Shown here in pieces: positions 42,084 through 51,789 of a stretch of 64,000 bases of DNA. The stretch covers positions 1,564-65,563 of the forward strand of contig CACFSG010000002.1 of assembly GCA_902568875.1 (NCBI GenBank), in the 5' to 3' direction. The DNA comes from an uncultured Pelagibacteraceae bacterium. GTDB taxonomy: Bacteria > Pseudomonadota > Alphaproteobacteria > Pelagibacterales > Pelagibacteraceae. The notes beneath the pieces are model-generated. The model was not told the DNA's origin, did no database searches, and saw nothing but the letters and a program-made list of their open reading frames with translations. A program made the position numbers and the translations under genes. The stretch's first letter is position 1; every line of letters starts with the position of its first letter.

Positions 42084-43196
42084 ATGGCATTAAAAAATTT
42101 TGCCTTTAATGTAAAAAAAAAACATAAGTATGCCAGATGTGGTTTAATTGAAACTCATAGAGGCAATATTAAAACACCAGCTTTTATGCCAGTAGGTACT
42201 CAAGCTACCATTAAAGCTTGTACAATTGACGATATAAAAAAAACAGGCTCAGAAATAATTTTGGCTAATACATATCATTTAATGATACGTCCAGGTGTCG
42301 AGAGAATCCAAAATATTGGTGGATTACATAAATTTATGAATTGCGATTTACCTATACTTACAGACTCTGGAGGATTTCAGGTAATGTCACTCTCAAAATT
42401 AAATAAAATTGATCGAGAAAAAGGAGCTATTTTTAATTCACATGTTGATGGGAAAAAATTTTACTTAAGCCCAGAAGAAAGTATAAGAATTCAACTTGGT
42501 TTAAATTCAGACATAGTAATGATTATGGATGAATGTCCCAAAAAAACTGATGATTATAAATTAATTAAAAAATCTATGGAATTATCATTGTATTGGGCTG
42601 CAAGATCAAAAAAGACATTTGGAAAAAATCCTCATAAAGCACTATTTGGAATTATTCAAGGAGGTCTTTTTAAAGATTTAAGAATTGAATCTTTAAAGGG
42701 TTTATTAAAAATGAATTTTGATGGATATGCGATAGGTGGACTAGCAGTTGGAGAAACACAAAAAGAAATGTTTTCAGTTCTAGATGATATTAAAGATGTG
42801 TTGCCTTCAAACAAACCCCATTATTTAATGGGTGTAGGTACTCCTTCAGATATTTTAGGAGCTGTTAAAAGAGGTATTGATATGTTTGATTGTGTAATGC
42901 CAACAAGATCGGGAAGAACGGGTCTTGCCTTTACTTGGAATGGAAGAATTAATATTAAAAATAAAAAATATCAAAAAGATAATTCACCACTTGATATAAA
43001 TTGCACAAATCTTAATTTAAATAAATATTCTAAGAATTATTTAAATCATCTATTTAATACTAATGAAATTCTTGGATCTATGCTTTTAACACTTCATAAT
43101 ATTAATTTTTATCAAGAATTAATGACTGCAATAAGAAAAAATATCGAAGATGAAACATTTGATAAATTTCATGATAAATACATTGATAAGTTGTAA
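42084..43196 (+). CDS. tgt: tRNA-guanine transglycosylase
   Basis: TPAFMPVGT, TDSGGFQ, DECP, GGLAVGE, YLMGVG and DMFDCV motifs. Confidence 0.95.
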   Translation: MALKNFAFNVKKKHKYARCGLIETHRGNIKTPAFMPVGTQATIKACTIDDIKKTGSEIILANTYHLMIRPGVERIQNIGGLHKFMNCDLPILTDSGGFQVMSLSKLNKIDREKGAIFNSHVDGKKFYLSPEESIRIQLGLNSDIVMIMDECPKKTDDYKLIKKSMELSLYWAARSKKTFGKNPHKALFGIIQGGLFKDLRIESLKGLLKMNFDGYAIGGLAVGETQKEMFSVLDDIKDVLPSNKPHYLMGVGTPSDILGAVKRGIDMFDCVMPTRSGRTGLAFTWNGRINIKNKKYQKDNSPLDINCTNLNLNKYSKNYLNHLFNTNEILGSMLLTLHNINFYQELMTAIRKNIEDETFDKFHDKYIDKL

Positions 43197-43279
43197 AGAA
43201 AAAACTATTTGTCTCAGAAATTCTTATTTGAATTATTCTGATAATTCTATATACACATTTAAATTCAACTAATGAAAGT

Positions 43280-43355
<76 letters not shown>

Positions 43356-43362
43356 CTATAAT

Positions 43363-44190
43363 TTAAATATTTTTAATAGGTGGGTAATCAAATATAATTT
43401 TATTTGTCCACTCATTAATCTTTTTTATTCGATTATCTGGTGAAGGGTGAGTACTCATAAATTCAGGAGGAGTTTTCCCTTTATTATATTCTTTCATTCT
43501 TTCCCAAACTTTAACAGTTTCTCTAATATCATAACCAGATAAAGAAGAAAAAATTAATCCAAGATAGTCAGCTTCACTTTCTTGTTTTCTGTTAAAAGGG
43601 TTTAATATTCCCATCTGTGTCAACAATCCAACAGTATTCATCCCTGTAGTTCTATTAACTGTTGAAAGTTTTCCTCCAGTCAAAATATCAGTAACTTGTA
43701 GAACAACATTTGTAGCAACATTACGACTTGCTCTTTCAACTGAATGTTTCGCTACAGCATGAGCTATTTCATGACCCATTACAGCAGCTAAACCATCGGT
43801 ATTTTTAGTAACTTCAAGGATACCAGTATAGACTGCAATTTTTCCTCCAGGCATACACCAGGCATTTCTTACTTTTTTATTGTCAATTAAAATATATTCC
43901 CAATCAAAATTTGTAGTAGGATCGTTTAATTTAGATCTATAAAAATATTCCCCAATAGAATATTCAATTTTTTTTCCAATTTCTTTTATTTCATTAAGGG
44001 TTTTTTCATCTTTGCTCATTTTTTCTTTTTCTTTTACTTTTTCATATATAGAAGCAGCTTGAGCATTCAACTTAGCTTCAGAAACAAGTTTTAATTGTTT
44101 TCGTTCAGTGATTGGTGCAGTAGCACAAGAATTGAGGGCGAAACCGCAACAACTACAACCAACATATGTTAAGAATTTTCTTCTATTCAT
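43363..44190 (-). CDS. M48 family zinc metallopeptidase, predicted Tat lipoprotein
   Basis: NAWCMPGGK, HEIAH, QESEAD and STHP motifs; N-terminus MNRRKFL and lipobox LNSC. Confidence 0.88.
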   Translation of the reverse strand: MNRRKFLTYVGCSCCGFALNSCATAPITERKQLKLVSEAKLNAQAASIYEKVKEKEKMSKDEKTLNEIKEIGKKIEYSIGEYFYRSKLNDPTTNFDWEYILIDNKKVRNAWCMPGGKIAVYTGILEVTKNTDGLAAVMGHEIAHAVAKHSVERASRNVATNVVLQVTDILTGGKLSTVNRTTGMNTVGLLTQMGILNPFNRKQESEADYLGLIFSSLSGYDIRETVKVWERMKEYNKGKTPPEFMSTHPSPDNRIKKINEWTNKIIFDYPPIKNI

Positions 44191-44302
44191 TTTTAAATAT
44201 CATTGATATTATATTTTAATATGAATCTAAATAATAAAAAATCATTATTCTTATTTATAAATCTAATTTCTTCAATAATTTACTCAAGTTTTAAGTGTTA
44301 AA

Positions 44303-44911
44303 ATGAAAAAAAAAAGATCATTAACTCTTATACTAAGAAATTATTTTATTACAGGTGTAGTTGTCCTAATACCAATTGGATTTACATTATATCTTAGCAA
44401 AATTCTTATTGGACTTTCATCAAAAATAATTCCTGAAAATATAAATCCTAATAACTATTTACCATATGCTATTCCTGGCATTGAAATATTAATTTCAATA
44501 ATCTTTATAACAATAGTAGGAGGTCTATCTTTATCTTTTTTAGGTAAAAGAATTTTAAGACTAATTGATGATTTATTTAAAAAAATTCCTTTTTTAAGAA
44601 CCATTTACTCAGCAATACTTCAGATGACTGAAACATTTTCTAAAAAGGATAATAATAAAAAAAGTGTGGTATTAATTGAATATCCAAGAAAAGGTGTTTG
44701 GGCTGTTGGTTTTGCTACAAAAGAAAATAAAGGTGAAATGGCACAAAAGACAAATCAAAAGTTAATTAATGTGTTTGTTCCCACAACACCAAATCCAACA
44801 AGTGGTTTTTTATTAATGTTTCCTATTGATGATGTTATTTATCTTAATATGACTTTTGAAGAAGCATCTAAATTTATAGTATCAGCCGGAACATCAACTG
44901 GTAAAAATTAG
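44303..44911 (+). CDS. DUF502 family membrane protein
   Basis: YFITG, VVLIEYPRKG and VFVPTTPNPTSGFL motifs. Confidence 0.88.
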   Translation: MKKKRSLTLILRNYFITGVVVLIPIGFTLYLSKILIGLSSKIIPENINPNNYLPYAIPGIEILISIIFITIVGGLSLSFLGKRILRLIDDLFKKIPFLRTIYSAILQMTETFSKKDNNKKSVVLIEYPRKGVWAVGFATKENKGEMAQKTNQKLINVFVPTTPNPTSGFLLMFPIDDVIYLNMTFEEASKFIVSAGTSTGKN

Positions 44912-46959
44912 GCTATATCATTAATTATATCAGCTCTATCATATAATTTAACAAGAGGTTTAAATTTACTTATATCCTCTTTTGAATTTTCAATTCTTTT
45001 TATTTCTTTTTCAGCCAAAAGAAAAAGATCAATATTATGAATAGGGTCAGCTAATTTAAAATTTTTAATACCACTTTGTTTAAATCCTAAAATATCACCA
45101 AAACCTCTTAATTTCATATCTTCTTCAGATATTTTAAAACCATCATTTGAATTTTTTAGAATATTTATTCTTTTTTTTGCATTTTCACTTAAATTTGATT
45201 TAAACATAAGAATGCAAGTGGACTCTTTAGTACCTCTCCCAACACGACCTCTTAATTGATGTAATTGAGATAATCCAAATTTGTTAGCATTTTCTATAAT
45301 TATAGTATTAGCATTTGGAAAATCTATACCAACTTCAATAATTGTAGTTGAAACTAAAATTTTAAACTCATTATTTAAAAATTTGTTTAAAATTGTTTCT
45401 TTTTTTTCAATTTCAGTTTTTCCATGAAGTAAAGATACATCGTTAGGAAATATCTTTTTTAAATATTCAAATTTTTTTATTGCTGATGAATGATCTAATT
45501 TTTTAGATTCCTCAATTAATGGACAGACCCAAAAAATTTGATTTCCAGATTTAATTTCATTTTTTATAAATTTTATCACATCATCAATTTTATTTTCAAT
45601 TTTACTATATGTTTTAATAGGTTTTCGATTTTTGGGTTTTTCACGGATGATTGAAATGTCCATATCACCATACATTGTCATTGTTAAAGTTCTGGGTATT
45701 GGTGTTGCTGTCATTAACAAAACATCGCAATCATTACCACCCTTATCAGACAATTTTTTTCTTTGGTTTACACCAAATTTATGTTGTTCATCTATAATAA
45801 TTAACCCAAGTTTTTTGAAAATTACTTTTTTTTGAAAAATTGCGTGAGTACTAAAAATGATATCAATTTTATGTTTTGATAATCTATTAAGTATATCTTT
45901 TTTTTCTTTATAATCTGATTTTCCTGTAATTAGACTTATATTTAAATCTTTAGGAAATATTTTTTTTGCAAGATTAAAATGTTGTCTTGCTAAAATTTCT
46001 GTTGGAGCCATTACCGCAACCTGAAATCCTGAATTGATAGTATTAATAGCAGATAATAATGAAACTATTGTTTTTCCACTGCCAACATCACCCTGTAATA
46101 GTCTAAACATTTTTGTCGAAGAGCACAAATCAGCATTAATTTCTTTTAATGTTTTTGTTTGATCATTTGTGAGAATAAAATCTAGATTATTAATTATCGC
46201 ATTTTGTTTTTTAAGATCTAATATTTTATTTTTTTTTTTAATTTTTTTAATTTTTTTCCTTATTTCTGAGTTAACTAAAAATGTTGAAAAAATTTCATCA
46301 TAAGCAAGTCTTTGATAAAAATTTTTTTTATAATTACCTATATTTTCAGGTTTATGTAATTCTTTAATTGATTCATCCCAACTTATATTGTCAAATTTAT
46401 TTAAAATATTTTTAGAATGCCATTCCTTTAAAACTGGTATTTTAATGATTATTTGATTAATAATTTTATTATAAACTTTTTCTGAAATACCATCAGTAAG
46501 AGAATAAGTGTTATGTTTTTGTTTTATTAAAGAAGAATCTTCAGAAATATATTTTGGGTTTGTTAATTGATATCTATTTTTAAATCTTCCAATTTTTCCA
46601 CTAACTGTTATTTCTTTACCTATAGGCAATATTTTTTTAATATAACCTTCATAGCTGTTAAAAAAAACACAATCTAATTCTCCCGTTTCATCTGAACATA
46701 AAACTCTATTTGGTAGATTTCTTACTCTAGGAAAAGAATATTTTTGAGGAATTATAGTAACTGTTTGATTTAATCCAATACGTAAATCTTTAATTTTTGA
46801 TGATAAACTTCTATCAGTGTAAGATTTAGGTAGCCTCCATAATAAATCAAAAATATTATTTATTTTTTTTTTCTTAAGTAAATTAGTTGTTTTAACACCA
46901 ACACCCTTTAATGTTGATAAATCCGATAATAGATATTTATAAGTACTTTTATTATCCAT
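44908..46959 (-). CDS. recG: ATP-dependent DNA helicase RecG
   Basis: RLLQGDVGSGKT, DEQHKFG, MTATPIPRT, QLRGRVGRG and DGF.I.E.D..LRG.G motifs. Confidence 0.95.
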   Translation of the reverse strand: MDNKSTYKYLLSDLSTLKGVGVKTTNLLKKKKINNIFDLLWRLPKSYTDRSLSSKIKDLRIGLNQTVTIIPQKYSFPRVRNLPNRVLCSDETGELDCVFFNSYEGYIKKILPIGKEITVSGKIGRFKNRYQLTNPKYISEDSSLIKQKHNTYSLTDGISEKVYNKIINQIIIKIPVLKEWHSKNILNKFDNISWDESIKELHKPENIGNYKKNFYQRLAYDEIFSTFLVNSEIRKKIKKIKKKNKILDLKKQNAIINNLDFILTNDQTKTLKEINADLCSSTKMFRLLQGDVGSGKTIVSLLSAINTINSGFQVAVMAPTEILARQHFNLAKKIFPKDLNISLITGKSDYKEKKDILNRLSKHKIDIIFSTHAIFQKKVIFKKLGLIIIDEQHKFGVNQRKKLSDKGGNDCDVLLMTATPIPRTLTMTMYGDMDISIIREKPKNRKPIKTYSKIENKIDDVIKFIKNEIKSGNQIFWVCPLIEESKKLDHSSAIKKFEYLKKIFPNDVSLLHGKTEIEKKETILNKFLNNEFKILVSTTIIEVGIDFPNANTIIIENANKFGLSQLHQLRGRVGRGTKESTCILMFKSNLSENAKKRINILKNSNDGFKISEEDMKLRGFGDILGFKQSGIKNFKLADPIHNIDLFLLAEKEIKRIENSKEDISKFKPLVKLYDRADIINDIA

Positions 46960-46981
46960 GATCAGCTAATATATTCTAATA

Positions 46982-47245
46982 ATGGATTTCGATATAGAAA
47001 AATTAAAAAAAAAAATTATTTATCGATCTAATTATCGTGGTACTAAAGAAATGGATAAACTTTTAGGATCATTCACAAAAAAATATATTAATAAATTAAG
47101 CAATGATGATCTTATTGATTTAGAAAAGTTATTAGAACTAGATGATAATAACTTATATAATTTTTATAACAGTTTAAATACGAATATAAAATTTAAAAAA
47201 AACAAAATTAATTTACTTTTTAAAAATTTCAAATATGTTGATTGA
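46982..47245 (+). CDS. sdhE: Succinate dehydrogenase flavinylation factor (SdhE/SDHAF2)
   Basis: YRSNYRGTKEMD (RGxxE motif). Confidence 0.88.
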   Translation: MDFDIEKLKKKIIYRSNYRGTKEMDKLLGSFTKKYINKLSNDDLIDLEKLLELDDNNLYNFYNSLNTNIKFKKNKINLLFKNFKYVD

Positions 47246-47251
47246 TAATAG

Positions 47252-47341
47252 TGGCGGAGAGACTGGGATTCGAACCCAGGAAAGAGTTGCCCCTTTGCCG
47301 GTTTTCAAGACCGGTGCTTTCAACCGCTCAGCCATCTCTCC
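47252..47341 (-). tRNA. tRNA-Ser(TGA)
   Basis: Reverse complement GGAGAGATGGCTGAGCGG...CCGGTCTTGAAAACCGG...GGTTCGAATCCCAGTCTCTCCGCCA; long variable arm, 90 nt. Confidence 0.96.
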
Positions 47342-47429
47342 GTTTAAAAGCTTTTATAATTAAAAATATTTAATTCAACAATAAAATAGTCTATTTAACA
47401 TAGGTATTATTTAATTCTTAAAACTATCT

Positions 47430-48308
47430 ATGAAAAAAGATTTTAACAAAGGTTTATTATTAACATCAATAGGATCATTTTGGTGGGGCTTTCTTGGAGT
47501 ATTATATTTTCAATATGTTTCTTTTATTGGTCATATTGAATTAGTTGTTCACAGATGTTTGTGGACAGCTGTAATGTTGATTTTAACAACTACATTTCTT
47601 TCAAAATGGAAAATATTTTTTCATATAATTTCAAGTAAAAAAAACTTAATTTATTTATTTATTTCAGGATTTTTAATTTTTATAAATTGGACTATTTGGA
47701 TTTATGCCGTTGCAACAGAACGAATAATTGATGCAAGTTTTGGTTATTTTATAATGCCAATAATAAGCGTCTTATTAGGATATATTTTTTTTAAAGAAAA
47801 TTTAAATAAAAAAAGAATTTTTTCAATTATTTTAGTTTTTATTTCAATTTTAATCTTGATGTTTTTTAATTTAAAAAGTTTACCATGGGTTGGCCTAATT
47901 GTTGCTTTAAGTTGGTCTTTATATAACCTTGTAAGAAAAAAAATAAATGTAGATACCGACATAGGACTTTTGATTGAAAGTTTATTTATTTTCCCTTTTG
48001 CATTGTTTGTTTTTTATTTAATAGTAAAAAATGGATTAAATGATTTTAACTTATTAAATCCTGGATTTAGTTTATTTTTGATTTTAGCAGGTCCAATGAC
48101 AGTGATTCCCTTATTTCTATATGTTAGAGGAGTTGAATTAATTGGCTTGGGACCCACAGGGATGATCTTTTATATTACACCAACATTGCAGTTTATTTTG
48201 GGTTATTTTTATTATAATGAAGAGTTTTCTTTTATAAAATTTGTAAGTTTTATTATTATTTGGATTGCTGTAATTATATATTTAAAAGATCTTTATGAAA
48301 CAAATTAA
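47430..48308 (+). CDS. rarD: EamA family transporter RarD
   Basis: HRCLW, INW, ASFGYFIMP, RKK and YITPTLQF motifs; about 10 TM helices. Confidence 0.88.
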   Translation: MKKDFNKGLLLTSIGSFWWGFLGVLYFQYVSFIGHIELVVHRCLWTAVMLILTTTFLSKWKIFFHIISSKKNLIYLFISGFLIFINWTIWIYAVATERIIDASFGYFIMPIISVLLGYIFFKENLNKKRIFSIILVFISILILMFFNLKSLPWVGLIVALSWSLYNLVRKKINVDTDIGLLIESLFIFPFALFVFYLIVKNGLNDFNLLNPGFSLFLILAGPMTVIPLFLYVRGVELIGLGPTGMIFYITPTLQFILGYFYYNEEFSFIKFVSFIIIWIAVIIYLKDLYETN

Positions 48309-49296
48309 TATTTTTTTTTTATTTTTTATTCTTTTAATATCCAATACATCAGCTGCAAATAATACTGAATTTGAAAATTGGAAAAAGAAATTTAAAGTAA
48401 TTGCTCTAAAAAATAAAATTTCAGAAAAAACTTTTGATTTAACAATGTCAAACGTCAGATTTTTACCTAAAGTAATTGAATACGATAGATATCAACCAGA
48501 ATTTTATGAGGATACTAAAACCTATATTTCTAAAAGAAGTTCAAATAAAAAAGTAAAAAAGGGTCTTGATTTATACAATCAAGAATCCTTTTTAATTAAT
48601 GATGTAGAAAAAAAATTTAATATTGAAAAAGAGTTACTTTTATCTTTGATGGGCATAGAAACTAATTATGGTACTTATGTTGGAAAAATGGATATTTTAT
48701 CTTCACTAGCAACGTTAAGTTTTGATAAAAGAAGATCACAATTTTTTACAGAAGAGCTTTTAATTTTACTAAGATTGATTGAAACAAATCAAATTGATTA
48801 TAAAACTTTATACGGATCATGGGCTGGAGCATTTGGTTTTTTTCAATTTATGCCATCAACTATTAAAAATTATGCAATTGATTTTGATAATAATAATTAT
48901 ATTGATCTTAAAAACATAAATGATTCATACGCATCAGCAGCAAACTACTTAAATAAAATGGGGTGGAATAAAAAAACACCATGTTTTTACAAAATAAATT
49001 TAAATAATAATATTTCTGAAAAATATTTAAATTTTTCTGCAAAAAAACTAACTAATAAAAAAAAATTAAAATATTTTAAAAAATTTATTAAAAATAATGA
49101 AATCTTAGAATCATTAGATGAAAATTCAAAAGTAGCAATTATTACACCTGACAAAGAGATTGTTGCAAATCCAAATCCACTTAGCCCAGCATATATAGTT
49201 TTTGATAATTATGAAATAATATTAAAATGGAATCGTTCATTAAGATTTGCTTTAGCAGTTTGTACTTTAAAGGATAAAATTAAAAATGAATTATAA
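48295..49296 (+). CDS. mltB: Lytic murein transglycosylase (MltB/SLT_2 family)
   Basis: DRYQPEF, catalytic GIETNYG, GSWAGAFG..QFMPS and ANYL motifs. Confidence 0.88.
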   Translation: MKQINIFFLFFILLISNTSAANNTEFENWKKKFKVIALKNKISEKTFDLTMSNVRFLPKVIEYDRYQPEFYEDTKTYISKRSSNKKVKKGLDLYNQESFLINDVEKKFNIEKELLLSLMGIETNYGTYVGKMDILSSLATLSFDKRRSQFFTEELLILLRLIETNQIDYKTLYGSWAGAFGFFQFMPSTIKNYAIDFDNNNYIDLKNINDSYASAANYLNKMGWNKKTPCFYKINLNNNISEKYLNFSAKKLTNKKKLKYFKKFIKNNEILESLDENSKVAIITPDKEIVANPNPLSPAYIVFDNYEIILKWNRSLRFALAVCTLKDKIKNEL

Positions 49297-50038
49297 GTTA
49301 ATATTAATTATTTTTTTTACTATTTTTTTTTATGGTTGTGAACAAACTATTAATAGTAAAAATAAAAAATTAAATTTTGAAATAGAAAATAAATATAAAA
49401 ATGCTGGATTTGCCTTAATTTATAATGACGATTTAAAAGATATTAAGAAAATTGAACCTAGATCTTTAAATATTTATCATAAAACTTTAAAAAAAAAATC
49501 AATGGTTAAAATTACGAATCCAAATAATGGTATTTCTTTAATAGCAGAAGTAAAATCGAATAAAATTAAATTTTCAAATTTTTACAATTCAGTTTTAAGT
49601 CCTAGAATTGCTGAAACTTTAATTTTAGATAAGTCAGAACCATATGTAAATATTGTTTTGATTTCAAAGGACTCCACCTTTATTGCAAAAAAAGCAAAAA
49701 CCTATGAAGAAGAAAGCAAAGTTGCTGAAAAAGCTCCTATTGATGGAATTCAAATTAAAGATCTTAATGCTAAAAAATTAAAGAAAAAAAATGTTCCAAA
49801 TAAAGTTTTTTCCTATTCAATTAAAGTTGCAGATTTTTATTATAAAGATACTGCAAAAATCATGTTAACTAGAATTAAAAAAGAAACTTCAATAAATAAT
49901 TTAAAAATAATTAAATTGTCAAAGACAAAATATAGACTACTAATAGGTCCTTTTAATGATATAAAAAGTTTAAAAGACACATTTGAAAATATGAACGTAT
50001 TTAATTTTGAAAATTTAGAGATATTAAAAAATGTTTAG
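49286..50038 (+). CDS. RlpA-like lipoprotein with degenerate DPBB domain and C-terminal SPOR-like domain
   Basis: Lipobox FYGC; HKTL...VKITNPNNG resembles RlpA; YSIKVADF...YRLLIGPF is SPOR-like; sits in the mltB-rlpA-dacA position. Confidence 0.7.
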   Translation: MNYKLILIIFFTIFFYGCEQTINSKNKKLNFEIENKYKNAGFALIYNDDLKDIKKIEPRSLNIYHKTLKKKSMVKITNPNNGISLIAEVKSNKIKFSNFYNSVLSPRIAETLILDKSEPYVNIVLISKDSTFIAKKAKTYEEESKVAEKAPIDGIQIKDLNAKKLKKKNVPNKVFSYSIKVADFYYKDTAKIMLTRIKKETSINNLKIIKLSKTKYRLLIGPFNDIKSLKDTFENMNVFNFENLEILKNV

Positions 50039-51182
50039 AAAATTTATTATATTTTTTTTTATAGATTTGCTTTTTTTTGCTTCTTCGTCCGCAAATATAG
50101 ATATCAAAGCTAGAACAGCAATTTTACAAGATTTTTTATCAGGTGAAATTTTATATGAAAAAGAACCTGATAGATCAATTTATCCAGCTTCTATGACAAA
50201 AATTATGACAAGCATCATAGCTTTTGATTTAATTAAATCTGGTGATTTAAAATTAGATGAAAAATTTATAATTTCTGAAAAAGCTTGGAGATTATCAACC
50301 TCAGGATATTCTTCTATGTTTGTAATGATTAATGATGAAGTATCTGTAGAAAATTTACTTAAAGGAATTATAGTTGCTTCGGGTAATGATGCTTGTATTG
50401 CTTTAGCTGAGGGAATAGCTGGCACTGAAGAAGAATTTGCTATTATGATGACTTCTAAAGCAAAAGAAATTGGAATGTTAAATACTAATTTTGCTAATTC
50501 ATCAGGTATTAATGATCCAGATAATTATTCAACGGTTAAAGATATAATGATTATGTCTAATTATTTAATTAAAAATCATCCTGAATATTATAAGTGGTTT
50601 AAAGAAAAAGAATTTACTTGGGATAGGACAGGGGGTGATCCTATTACTCAGGGCAATAGAAATCCACTCTTATACAAAAATATGGGAGCCGATGGTATTA
50701 AAACCGGTTATTTAGCTTTAGAAAAATATTCTTTAGCATCATCTTTAGAAAGAAATGGAAGAAGATTAATTGCTGTAGGAAGTGGTTTTGAGACAAAAAA
50801 ATCTAGATCAAAAGAAAGCTCTAAACTTTTAACTTATGGACTTACAAATTTTGATTTAGTTGAAATTTCGAAATCAAAAAAACCATTTACAAGTGTTGAT
50901 ATTTGGCTTGGAAAAAAAGATGTTGTTAAAGTTTATACAAAGGAAAATATTTACAAAACTATCAAAAAAGGTCAAAAAAAATTACTTAAAGTAAAAGTAA
51001 TTTATGATGGCCCTATAGAAGCACCAATTAAAAAAGATCAAACATTAGCAAAACTAAAAATTATTTATGATCAAAATTTAATTGGTGAATACGATCTTCT
51101 GTCATTAACAGAAGTAAAAAAGGTTAACATTTTTTCAAGATTAATGAGATCTTTGAATTATTTGATTTGGGGTGATGTCTAA
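50031..51182 (+). CDS. dacA: D-alanyl-D-alanine carboxypeptidase (PBP5/6)
   Basis: PASMTK (SxxK), SGND (SxN) and KTG motifs. Confidence 0.92.
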   Translation: MFRKFIIFFFIDLLFFASSSANIDIKARTAILQDFLSGEILYEKEPDRSIYPASMTKIMTSIIAFDLIKSGDLKLDEKFIISEKAWRLSTSGYSSMFVMINDEVSVENLLKGIIVASGNDACIALAEGIAGTEEEFAIMMTSKAKEIGMLNTNFANSSGINDPDNYSTVKDIMIMSNYLIKNHPEYYKWFKEKEFTWDRTGGDPITQGNRNPLLYKNMGADGIKTGYLALEKYSLASSLERNGRRLIAVGSGFETKKSRSKESSKLLTYGLTNFDLVEISKSKKPFTSVDIWLGKKDVVKVYTKENIYKTIKKGQKKLLKVKVIYDGPIEAPIKKDQTLAKLKIIYDQNLIGEYDLLSLTEVKKVNIFSRLMRSLNYLIWGDV

Positions 51183-51789
51183 AAAAGTTGTTATAGCTTT
51201 TGAAGGTATTGAAGGAAGTGGAAAAACTTTTCATATTAATTATGTTTCAAATTATCTTGAAAAGAAAAAGATAGATCATATTAAACTAAGAGAACCTGGT
51301 GGTAGCAAAAATTCTGAAAAAATTAGAAAATTAATTCTTAATAAAAAATCCAATTTTAATAAAAATACCGATTTATTACTTTATCTTTCATCAAGAAGTG
51401 AAAATATTGAATATATAAAAAAATTTTATAAAAAAAAAATTATCTTATTAGATAGATTTACAGATTCTACAATAGCATATCAACATTATGGCATGGGTGT
51501 AAATTTAACTATTTTAAAGAAGATTAATAATTATTTATTAAAAAATTTTAAAGTAGATTTTACATTTTTATATATTGTAAATAAAAAAAATATGAAAAAA
51601 AGATTACAACAAAGAAAAAGCTTAAATAGATATGATAAATTTAATGATAAATTTTATAAGAAAGTTCAAAATGGTTTCTTAAAAATTGCAAAAGAAAAAA
51701 AAAGAGTATACCAAATTATAGACTCTAACTTATCTATAAAATTAAATAAAAAAATTATAATTAATAAATTAAACAAGATAATTAAATGA
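51175..51789 (+). CDS. tmk: Thymidylate kinase
   Basis: FEGIEGSGKT, REPGG and DRFTDSTIAYQ motifs. Confidence 0.94.
   Translation: MSKKVVIAFEGIEGSGKTFHINYVSNYLEKKKIDHIKLREPGGSKNSEKIRKLILNKKSNFNKNTDLLLYLSSRSENIEYIKKFYKKKIILLDRFTDSTIAYQHYGMGVNLTILKKINNYLLKNFKVDFTFLYIVNKKNMKKRLQQRKSLNRYDKFNDKFYKKVQNGFLKIAKEKKRVYQIIDSNLSIKLNKKIIINKLNKIIK

Noticed and set aside
43217-43245. Imperfect inverted repeat TCAGAAATTC...GAATTATTCTGA between tgt and tRNA-Lys
   Set aside because: It is AT-rich, bulged and has no U tract, so it is too weak to call as a terminator or operator.
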